From assembly GCA_964016885.1 (NCBI GenBank), contig OZ024741.1, positions 64,542,001-64,606,000 on the forward strand: 64,000 nt of DNA. Reading direction: 5' to 3'. This DNA comes from Eledone cirrhosa. Lineage: Eukaryota. The notes under the pieces were generated by a model that was not told where the DNA came from, made no database searches, and worked only from the letters and a program-made list of their open reading frames with translations. Numbering within the stretch: the stretch's first letter is position 1; each line of letters begins with the position of its first letter. A program made the translations under genes and the position numbers. Below are positions 39,182-51,300 of this stretch, piece by piece.

Positions 39182-39187
39182 TTTATT
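39182..39187 (-). terminator. Candidate poly(A) signal of SMARCD (3' UTR about 1.27 kb)
   Basis: AATAAA on the minus strand is followed by a GU-rich tract, at the boundary between unique sequence and repeats. Confidence 0.45.
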
Positions 39188-40439
39188 CAAATTAAATGTA
39201 TGTCATTCCAAAAAAAAGTTGTTTCGCAGTCTTTATATTTTAAATGCTTATGGCCTCAAAAGGACTTAATCTGGCAGTGTTGATTGTGTGAAACACTGAG
39301 CAACTCAACAATAACACAACAGTACACATGACAGTTCACCATGTCTCTATGGAACTCAAATATAAACATTAAACATTAAAATCTGTAGAATTGCTACTCA
39401 TTTCTGGTCCCTTTGTGTAAACAGGATACTTCTTGGACGGTTTTTATATTCTCTTAATTCTTTCCAGGAGCAGAACAGCTGGGTTTTTCTTCAAAATTTT
39501 AAAATACACATTTTCCAAGTCAGCAAGCCCAGAGCATTTAGACCACATGGTGGTATGGAAGTACATAATTATCTATGTTTACACAACACCATGTTCATTA
39601 TCTAGACTAGCTTCTATAAAAGTACATCTTGCTGATCTACTTGTATTGTGCACAGGTTTGATGCAAATATTACAGATAGTGTGCATACTCTGCAAACTCA
39701 CATCTTGTGCATATTATCTTGCAGACCTCTCGTTTACACTTGCACAAACATACAAATTTCTGCAGGTACCGTGACTTACTTATCCACTGTATGTATCAAA
39801 TTCTCTTTGTTTTTATATTTATCTTCATCGATTACTGTGTTCCCAATAATCTAGAAGGGTTAGGGAGGATGCTAATGTATTTGATGTCCATCAGCTGTTT
39901 TCTCAATAATCTATAAAGGGTGGGGGCCAAATGTACCTGACCCTCATCAATTGCATTGTGACATTTTAGTGTTTCACCATTTTATGAAAGTTATTTAACT
40001 CATTTAAATAGCAGTATTTTAACTATTTCAACAGAAGTTGAGCTGTTTTCTCTCCCTTTGCTTTCAATTTTCAGTTGCAATGATGAGCAAATTTTCTATT
40101 TTTACTCCTCTTTGTTCTCTCCCTGGCAGTCATTGCTAAGCTGAATTATGTCTATCTCTCTCTGTTAGGTCTTGACAGAATCGACGCTATGTCAGTTGTC
40201 ACAAATCATGTGACACCAATGAGCAACAAAAGAAATATACATATGAACAAAAGAAACCACCAAGAAGACTATATTGAAAATGTGATATAAGGAGTTTATT
40301 AACTGGAAAATATGGAATGATTTTCTATAGTAAAAAAAATGGTAATGTGTGATCAACTGCATTGGGCCTGGACATCAGTTGAAGAGGAGAGCTGCCAATG
40401 GTGACAGGCTCAATACAGTTGCTATGGAGATGATATATG

Positions 40440-40493
40440 TTATGCATTCCTGATACCAAGTGCCTGCTCAAGTTCTAGTCTCCTTTGTTGAAC
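40440..40493 (-). CDS. SMARCD1: SMARCD last coding exon: [17 protein letters not shown]
   Basis: aacag|GTT...GCA TAA; human [17 protein letters not shown]. Confidence 0.97.
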   Translation of the reverse strand, partial: VQQRRLELEQALGIRNA

Positions 40494-42283
40494 CTGTTGA
40501 GAGAGTAAAAAAAGAAAATGAGTAGTAACTGGTTGTGGTTACAAGATAGATGAAAGTGATTATCTGGCAGATGACCAATGTTCTGATGTGTTGAGTGAAA
40601 CACTGGGGATATGGATGGGGAGATGGGAAAAAGTAAGCAAATGTTAGAGGGACAGGACAGGGACAGGAAATCAGAAGTGAGTTAGTTATGGTGTGAAGGG
40701 AGAAGAGTCAGGGTTAGTGTGAAATGGTAACCTGTGCAGGCATATATACATCCTCATTTTACTTCCATTTTTCCATGTTGGCATAGGTTGGACTGAGCTT
40801 TTTAGGCAGTGTTTTATGGCCAGATGCCCTTCCTTAATCTTCTGGATGCTATAGGCATATTATGTTGTCAATAGAGTAAGCTCCCCTTAATACATAAAGC
40901 AGTGTCAAGGGAAGCAGTTCATAAAAATTTCTAGTGTGCTAAAGATTAAATTATACCTTTAAGTCAGTTATTACAACATACAAAGATATGGTATACTCAT
41001 ACAAATATCATAAAAAAGGTAGCTTTGATTATTTCCAATGTTTTCAAAGTGATGGCAATGGTGGTAGTGGTGATGGGGTGATGTGGTTATGATAGTAATG
41101 GGGGTTGTGATAGTTGACATGATGGTAGTGGTGGTAGGCATCATCATGATAGTTGTAATGGTTGTCACAAAAATAGTGGTGGTGGTGGTTGTGATGGTAG
41201 TGGTGTTGGTTGGTTAGTTATTTGTTACAGGAGACAGAATGATGATAATGAAGAAAGATTGAGAGAGATGTGTGAAAAAACTAAACTTACCTTTCCATAG
41301 AAGTAGCGGCAAACTGCTTCCTGTACCCAAGGCTGATAGTAGTAATCGGCTCGTCTCTCTTCTTCAGGGTTGCCAACAATATCTGTCATTGTCTGATGTT
41401 AATAAAGATAGAATAATAATAATAATTATTCATTTATTTATTAATAATTGTTTCTACTTTTGGCACAAGGCCAGTTTTATTTATTAATAATAATAATTAT
41501 TATTATTTCTACTTTTGGCACAAAGCCAGCAAATTTGGGGGAAGGAAAAGTTCATTAAATCATCCCCAGTACTTGACTGGTGCTTTTCATCAACTTCAGA
41601 AGGATCAAAAGCAAAGTTGACGTTGGCAGGATTTGAACACAGAATGTAATGAACCAGAAAAAATATCACAAAGCATTTCGTCTGATGCTCTAACAATTCT
41701 ACTAATCCACCACCGTTATATATGTAATGAATCAGAACAAATACTGCATGGTATACAGCAACATATATTTGGGTGAGGGGTATAGTCAGTGCTTGACTGG
41801 TACTTATTTTATCAAACCCAGAAGACACAATTGGGACTGGCAGATATGAAAGATTAAATGACACTGAAAGTTGTTCTGTCTGATATTATTCATTACAGCA
41901 CACCCCTGCTGTTCTGAAAGAAGGCAACATATTGAGAGATGTAGTCATTGATTATCAATTATAGTACAGGCAGTTACAGGAAAAGAAACAACTGTGATTG
42001 TACAGAGACAAGAGGAAGAATTTGTTTGGGAGATTTGATGATCTGGAGAAAGCTTAATCACCTCATTTACAGACGAAAAAACTATATATTTTCGCTTGTT
42101 TCAAAGTCCGGCAGTTGCAAGAGCGGGAGAGTACGAGTTGAGTTCAAAATGCATCAACGGCTGTCTACCTTGCTTCTGCCAAATACTGCTTGGTGGCGTT
42201 GGCTGCCAGTGTTATTCATAGCTATGGCTTTTAGAATGTTTATTTATAAACATACCATATTTCTTTAGAAATACGGAACTCAA

Positions 42284-42318
<35 letters not shown>

Positions 42319-45300
42319 CTTTGTTATTTCTGTTTACTTTTTGCATACATATATATATATGTTATAGAAAGTTATAGAAAGAAAAGAAATATACAAAATT
42401 CATTACTTTGATAACATCAGCCAGTATACAAGTGTTAACCTAGTGAAATCACATTATTAATAAGGTGAATTGGCAGTATTGGTAGAGGGTCAGACATGCT
42501 TTCCAGCGTAGTTACGTCCCTTTACGATCTGAGTTCAAATCCTGCCGAGGTTAACTTTGCCTTTCATCCTTACGGGGTCGATAAAATAAAGTACCAGTAA
42601 TGTACTGGGTAATTGCCGGCCTTGCGCCAAAAGAGGAAACAATTATTAATAATGATTTACCGTATATACTCTAATATAAGTTGATCTGAATATAAGCCAA
42701 ACCCCTATTTTATGTTTAAGAAATAGGCAACAATCCAAACCCCATTTATATGTTGAAGCAAGTAATCAACAAACTATGTTTAGATGATGCGGTTTTGAAA
42801 TTCTCATGAGTGGGAGAATATATTTATGAAGTTTTAATATTTTGATATTTAAAATATTTCAAGTGTCATTTAAAGTATAGTTTTTGTTTCACAACTTCAC
42901 TATGAAATGATTTTTTTTTTACCAGTTTCCAACCATTTTGAAGGCCATATTCATTCAAAACATCAAAAACAATAGAAATACGAATTTCCCGTTTTAAGTG
43001 AAACCAGTGGAATATTTACCTCCAAAGCAAAAATATTTTAGTATCTCATTTATGTAGAATTTTGATGTTGGTGAAAATCAGCAAAATATTAATCTCAAAT
43101 ATAAGCCAACACCAGTTGAACCATCGATTGTTTTTTTTCTTTGTCATATTTTTTAGCTTATATATGAGTATATATAGTAAACATGTATCAGTGTATCCTG
43201 GCCAGTTAAAGGCATTTTGGTACCAAAAAGGTTAATACAGTAGCAACTCAACTATTTTGTTTTGACACTTTTGCCGGAATATATAGTACAAAACTATAAA
43301 ACACCAAACTAACCAACTACTATTCCACAATACTTTACAGCACCGATGATACAAATTATATAAGGATTTTACCTTCAGATCTCTGGTTTGTGATATTAGC
43401 CAATTATTAATAAACTCTGATGGGTCTTTAGCAAAACTGAGGAAGAATTCTCGATTTATTTTCAGCTGGTTTATTGTTTCAACTGTTTCATGAATCTGAA
43501 AATAACCCAATACAAAATTACATTAATAATTTTACTTTGTAGTAACATATAGCACTGATCTAAATAGATTTAGGTTAACTATGTCTGTGAAAATACTAGT
43601 TGATAGCAATATTGATGAAATAAATAAAATTAATTTCTTTTAAGAAATAAGAAACCTAATAGTTTTAGAGAATGGGCATTTGTGAAGAGAAATAGCAAAA
43701 TATAAAAACACGATAGAGATGGTGAAAGACAGAGATAGGGGGAAGCAAGAGACAGCAAAAGATAAACATATAGAGAGAAACATCTGTAAGAGAGAAAGTT
43801 AGAGAAGGAAAATCTAAAGAGGATGAGAAAGATAAATGGTACCTTATTATCCAGTGTGGCAATTTCTTGTTGACTTTGCGTAGATAACAAGAAAGAATTC
43901 ATCTGTTGCTTTAATGTATCATCCTGTAAATAGAAAATATAAACAAGGTTGAAAATAAAAATAAAAAATAGAAGAGATGGTGGTCATTTTTTATGAAAAT
44001 GATTCCCTTTTTCTTTTGGTTTTATAATCTAATCTTAACCTTTTTGATACCAAACTGCTTTAAACTGCTTCTGGTTCTCCTTTACAAAACTGCTTGTTTT
44101 AAAGTGTTTATATTTATCAACAAACCTTCCATCATAACTTTATCTAAAAGCCTTTCTTACGTTATGCTCCCTACACCAATTTAATCATTCTTTCTAACAC
44201 TGGCAATTTATAGCAAGAGGAAAGTTGATTATAACAACCCCAGTACTTAACTGGTTCTTTATTTTATTGATCGCGGATGGATACAAGGCAAAATTGACCT
44301 CTGCGAAATTTCAACATAGAGTTGTAACTAAATACCAAAGCATCTTGCCTGACACTACTGATATTGCCAATCCACTGCCTTGTACACCAATTTAAGAATG
44401 ACAAAGCTGGTTATATTACTAAATTCCTCTAAATTCTTGATTATTTGCAAAATTATTTGAAAACTATAGGCAGTGTCTTTCAATAGAAATATGAAAAGGG
44501 TTAAAAGGTTTCTAATGATCACTTGGGTAAAGATTTAACCAACTTTGTGTGAGACCAATCAGGCTTTTGTTTAGATTATTCTCACTTTGGGTATTAAAAT
44601 TCAATTCTGTTACAAGCCAAAGGAGGGTCACAGGCAGATTGCAGAGAGAAAAAGGTGTTGGCCTATGTATCAGACAAACAAAGCTATCCTTTTTCCATGA
44701 CCAAGACACTTCAAAGTTTTGTTGACGCAGTATTATTTTTTTTTTTACCGTTTTAGTAGAGAGAGAAAAAGCAGTGCCTAAGAGCCTTTCCAGGACCTCT
44801 GAGACTGATGGAAAGGAGGAAGGAGGGTGTTCTCAAACTGGAGACCTGGTCCAAATACTTGCAACAGAGTAGATTCTGGTAAAGCCACCCAAGGACCTGA
44901 TGGTTGTGTTAAACAGGGCAATGGATTAAGTCTACCCCCACCTCACTCCACAAATATGCCTATACATGTAAATACCATGATAATAGGAAATTGCAATATA
45001 TTAGAGTGTACATAGCAAAGCACTGCATTATCAACTGCTATATACTGTGCTGAATTCAAATTCATGGGTGTTACTGAGAAAGGCCCATTCCAGTACTTAA
45101 TTCTAGATGACCAATAATTTGTGGGGAAGGATGAAAAGCAAAGTTGACCTCAACAGGATTTGAACTCAATACATAAAGAGCTGTAACCAAATACTAAGAA
45201 GCATTTTTCCAGCACTCCAACAATTCTGCCAATCCTCTAACCTTCAGTAATCAACAATAATGCAAGATAGTGAGGCTGCTAGAAATAGCAGCCAAATCGC

Positions 45301-48300
45301 CCAGGGAAAATGGCATTAAAATGCTTCTTATATTTCTAACAAAGACTGATAAAATTTAAAGGAGGAACAGTTGATTAAATCAACTCCAGTAGCTGAATGG
45401 TACTTATGTTATTGTACTTGAAAGAAGGAAACACCAAGTCAACAACAGCAGGATTTCAACTGAAAACAGAGATGTAAAATAATATAAATAATAAGAAAGT
45501 AGAACCTACCACTTCCACATCTATATCATAGCAAGCAGTCTTTTTGGCATCAGGTCCATCCATCCTATAAAATAAAAAGGTAAGAAAAATGTTATAAGTG
45601 TAAAAACATAAAGGTGTCATAAACCCAACTAAGTCTAGTGAAATACAAATATCAGTTAATTTTCATAAAAAATTACATCTTAAAGATGAAAATTGGTAAA
45701 TATCTACACTCAGTTATTGTTTTAGTTGTTTAGTCCAATACAGCCTTGATATAGCAGATATATGAAAAGTGCTCAGGGCATAATCATCTTGTCTTCATAA
45801 TCAACCAGTATTCACCAAAGGTCACATTATATAATGAGACCTCTTTAGATGACAGGGTGTGATTTGAGGGAGATTTAACTAATTTCTAGCAAAGTATGAA
45901 GACATTGGACAATGCTCTGTAATCTATTTCAATTATAATTTCAGAGTTTAGCATTAGGAATTAAAGGGTAAAAAATACATTAAATGAACAAATACATGTG
46001 CAAACATAACTGAGCATCCTCCCAACCCTTTGTTTGGCAAGATTTCTACAGCTGGATGCCCTTCCTAACACCAGCCACTTTACAGTGTGCACTGGGTGTG
46101 TTTATCACGTAGGTCACCAAACACTGGGGAAGCTGTCATGTCCTTGAGACGATTGAAGGATTGTCCCAAGATCTTCAATATTTTCAAAACTGATTTTTAA
46201 TTATTCCTGGAATTATGACTAATACTAACTTTATTGACTTTGGAATATAGCGAGACAGTACAATATAAACTGTAATATTTCTGCTATAAAAAACTTTCAA
46301 ACTCATGAAAGAACAGTAGAGTGGGAGGAGTAACTAGCTATGAAATATGCTCACCTGTCAACACTTTTCCGGTCACGATTATACACTGAGGGTCCGCTTT
46401 AAAATAGAGAAATAGAGTACGTTAAATGATGATTGTGAGAGTAGTATATACAATACAAATGAGAAAGAGAAGAAGTAAAGGTCTGGATAGTGAAACACAA
46501 GCAAAGCAAGAAAGAAGAAAATCTGGGGAAAGAACAAGATGAAATAATCGACTGCGCTATAAAATGGGGAAATATCAACAATTCTGTATTTAATTAAGCA
46601 GGTTATGCTGATTCTAGAAGTTTTTGATTGCAAGGGAGGCAACTCAGTGAATCAAGATATAAAATTGGTTAAAGGAAATACGTACTTGGTAATAATTGTT
46701 TCTACTTTTGGCACAAGGCAAACAATTACCCATATTTTATCGACCCCGTAAGGATAATAATAATAATGAAATTATTGTGTACAGTGCTCAGGTGCACTAC
46801 AACTCATCAAAGGTGCATGTATAGTACATAAAATAATGTACGAATGTCAGGAAAATGAACAGTGTATGAGTCATAATATAATAATAATAATAATAATAAT
46901 GATGAAATATTGTGTACAGTGCCCAGGTGCACCACAACTCATCAAAAAGTGCATGTTCAGTACATAGGGCAATGCACAAACATCAGTAAAATGAACAGTG
47001 CACGAGTCATGATACACACATGTGTGCATGTGTATGGAAGGGGTACATCAGGTGTAGTTTTGGCGGATTTCGGGAAGCATGAGTGTCTTAAAGGATGCTG
47101 TGTCTCGGCAGCTAACAACTGACGCAGGCAGTTTGTTCCATGCTTCAGCAACTCTGAGCGTGAAAAAATGTCTACGAAAGTCATGGGAGCTGTGCTGTTT
47201 TCTGATTTTGTAGGCATGTCCACGTGTGTTAGACACATGGAGATCAAAAAGGTGCTCAGGGTTGCAATTAGCGAGATGGTTAATAACGTTGTGGGTATTC
47301 ACCAAGTCCATTGCCAGACGTCGGAGCTTCAATGAATCCATGCCCAGGGAAGCAAGGCATTCAGAGTATGGTAGGTGTCTGATGGGGGGTATGCACTTGG
47401 TTGCACGTCTCTGAACAGTTTCCAGGAGGTCAATGTTCTGAGCAAGATAGGGGTTCCAGACTGATGATGCTAATTCCAAGTGTGGTCGTACCATAGCTGT
47501 ATACAGTTTTAAATAGATGGCTGGAGAGCGGCTAACAAAGGTCTTGCTGAGCGATGCCAAGACACCCTCGGCCTTCTTGACAATCTTAGAGACATGCTTT
47601 GTCCAACGCAAATTGCTGCTGACAGTAATGCCCAGGTCACGTTCACAAGAGGACTTCTTGATATCAGTGTTGTGGAGGGAGTATGTGGACGCTGGATTTT
47701 TCCTTCCAAAATGCATGTTGGTACACTTGTCCACAGCCAGCTTCAGTTGCCCGTCTGTGATCCATTGCTGCATTGTGTCCAGGTCTGATTGTAGGAAAGA
47801 GTTGTAAATTTCAGGATCAGTCCTTTTGATATCAAGGTACATCTTGATGTCATCTGCATATTTCAGTACCGTGGCATTCTGTAAGTTGGCATCTATGTCA
47901 TTAATATATGCCACAAACAAAAGGGGACCAAGAACAGATCCCTGTGGTACACCAGATGACATCTCATATGGTGAAGAATGCTGTCCTAGAACCGTGACTA
48001 CTTCTTTTCGGCTGAGAATGAAGGATTTCAACCAGTCGAAAAGATCATCCCTCACACCCATTGCAGAGAGTTTTGCCATAAGACTTTTGTGTGGCACAGA
48101 ATTAAAAGCCTTAGCAAAGTCAAGGTAAACAACATCGACCCATGAGCTGCTGTCAGTGATCCGGGTGATGTCTTCAAGGAACTCGATAATCTGATCACAG
48201 CAGCTGGAGTTAGGGATAAATCCAAACTGTGAGGGCCGGATGGGCTGTGAGAGCTCCAGAAGTTCCAAAGTGTTTCTCTGACACAGGATTCCATCAGTTT

Positions 48301-51300
48301 GGCCATACAGCTAGTAAGACTGACTGGACGATAGTTGACAGGTGACATGCGGTTGCCCTTTTTGAACAGGGGAATGACACTGGCAGTTTTCCACTGCTCC
48401 AGAGTAGCACCATTGTTAAGACAGTATTGAAAGAAGAAAGAAAGCTGGCGCAAAAGGGAATACCCGCCATGTTTGAGAAGCAGGTATGTCACACCATCAA
48501 GACCAGGAGAGGCATAGTTGCGCTTATTCTTAAGGTGACGTCACAACATTGCAGGTGTAAATTCCATAGTTGTTATGGAATTTGATGTTAGAGATGGTGG
48601 AGATGGTACATGCTGGTTTTCAACAGTAAAAATACTTGCATAGCACTCAGCAATGAGTTCTGCGCATTCTTTGGGATCGTCAGTGATCTGGCTTGTGTGG
48701 GGATTGCGAAGAGGACCAACTGGAGAGTGAGGTCTCTGCTTTGAATGAACATATTTCCAGAACACCTTACTGTCAGGATTGGTTGCTATGCACTGTTCAA
48801 ATTCAAGCACTGCCTTCTTTGTCACTTGCTTGAGATGGTTAGAAGATTTATTCCGCTTTTTTCTGTTGGCATCTGATTTATGCAGTTTATATTCCCGTTC
48901 AGCGTTCCGACGCTCTTTCCTGGCAAGTCGGACCGCTGAAGTTTCCCAAATTGCACTTTGGGGGTGGTTATTTTTCCGCTTACATGGCACCGATGCTGCA
49001 CACGCTATCCATATTGAGTCCAGGATGCTCTGGAGTATAGTGTTCACATTTCCAGAGTTATACATCTCATGCCAGTTTGGGCGCTGTAGCTCAGTGCAGT
49101 ACAAGTTCCAATCCGCCCTCTTCCAATCAAAGCAAGCAGATTGGAGATGACTCTGGTTTTTGTTGCAGCCCTCAAGTGCCAGATTGGCAATGATCATAGC
49201 ATGATCAGAGTCGCCTAGAGATTCCACAGTAGTACAACTGATAACCACTTCAGGAGTAGTGGTGAAGATCAGGTCCAAAGTGTTGTCACCTCTTGTTGGA
49301 GAGGTGACCACTTGTGACCAGTTTGAGTCCAGCATTAGTTCAAGGAAATCGTTTGCACCTTGTGGCCAACGAAAGGTTTCCCAAACGATCTCAGGATGAT
49401 TGAAGTCACCTGCAATAAACACATAAGTGGCTGTTTTCTTGGCAGCAACTCTGAGGATATCGCAAAGCTGTGTGTCCTGATGGTAGTTTGGGGGGGGGGG
49501 GGGGGGGGCGATAAACAATACCAAGCAGAAGTGTTGACATGGTCATACGTATGTCACAGAAAAAAAACTTCTTCCTGTGATTCGTTCAAATCAACGCAAG
49601 GCCATAACTCTATGCGTCAATGGATGAAAGGCCATAACTCTATGCGTCAAAGCATGGCGTCCGATCCTCTACCGATACTGCCAATCCACCGTACTTGGTA
49701 ATAATTGTTTCTACTATTGGCACAAGGCCAGCAATTACCCAGTACATTACTGGTACTTTATTTTATCGACCCCGTAAGGATGAAAGGCAAAGTTAACCTC
49801 GGCGGGATTTGAACTCGGTAATAATGCTTAGAATAAGCGTTTCTAATTTAGGCATAAGGCCAACGATTTTTAGAGGAGGGGAAAGTCGACCGAATCGAGC
49901 CTAGTATTTAACTGGTACTTTATTTTATTGACCCCCCCCCCCATAAAAATGAAAGGTAAAGATGACTTCAGCGTGATTTGAACTCAGAACATAAAGTAAT
50001 GAGTTCAAATCCAATGTACTAACGATTCTACAAATCCACTACTCTCTACTTGATAATAATGAAAAATGACTGAACCTATGTTTAACTGGGAAAATTACAA
50101 ATGTTATTAGAAAATAATCAGTGTGAGCTAAAAAATACTTGTTTCATTCACCAAATAAAAATGGTAAGTTGCAGGTAGTATTATTGTAGAAAGTAGGAAA
50201 AGGAGGGAGGGATTAATATAGCAAAGACAAACATTACTTACACAATAATGTGGTTAATCACAATAGGGTCCGGTGCCATAAGAAGAGGGTGTAGTTTGGA
50301 AGGAATCTCAGCAAACTTCATTCTCTTGCATTCAAATATCTACACAAAAATAGTTCAACAGTTAATTTCAAGATAACAGAAGATTGTTTATTGATTTCAG
50401 TCATTGGAATGCAGTCAAACTGGGGCACCATATTGAAGAGTTCATATAAAGACGCTGATATCATCATCATCATCATTTTACGTCCGCTTTTTCCTGCTTG
50501 CAAGGGTGGGACACGGTACATATTTGAATGACCTCCAAAAACAAAGGCAAAGGGTCAACAAGGTTTGAAGGGATATACCCAAGATTGTGAAATATGTCAC
50601 AAAGTATTTTTATTCAACATTAACGTTACTATCCCACTTTCAAGGACACATACATATATTATGGGCTTCTACACATTTCTGTCATCTTTACTCAAGGCTT
50701 TGGTTGACTTTAGGCTATGACAGAGACACTTTCCCAATGTACTATATAGTAAAATTAAATACAAAACTTAGTACAAAGTAAATTTCTTAACCATACACCT
50801 ATGTTACTGCTCAAACATTTCAAAATGATATGTGTACACCACTCCATGCATTTTAATTCCCATCAGGTTTCCAAATGAAAGGGTGTGCACACACACACAC
50901 ACACACACATACATACATACATACATACATGCATGTGTGTATATATATAAAAATCATCACCACCATTTACCATCTATTTTCTATGCTTGCATGGGTTATA
51001 TGGATCATCACATTCTGAGGCTTGACTGGTTAAATGACTATATCTTGCTCATACATTCATTTCTTTTTTTTTTTTTTGCATGGCTTCTACAACTGGATGG
51101 CTTCCTAACGTCACCCATTTTACAGTGTATACTGGGAAAATGTTATTGTGACTTCGGTACTACCACCTTACAAAGTTATAATCCAACCATGCCAGTATCG
51201 AGAAACATATGTATGATGATGATACACGCATAGATACAAACACACCAACTGATGAATCAGACGATATATATTTAAGATTCCTAAGAGGATTACATATGCT

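Noticed and set aside
41050-41220. Thr/His-rich ORF 40971-41168 as an extra exon
   Set aside because: It is low-complexity (GGT/GAT)n intronic sequence with no convincing splice sites.
49490-49508. Poly-G run giving a poly-Pro ORF start or a G-quadruplex
   Set aside because: It is an expansion of the GGGGG seen in the younger CR1 copy (YRPP codons), so homopolymer slippage or a sequencing error.
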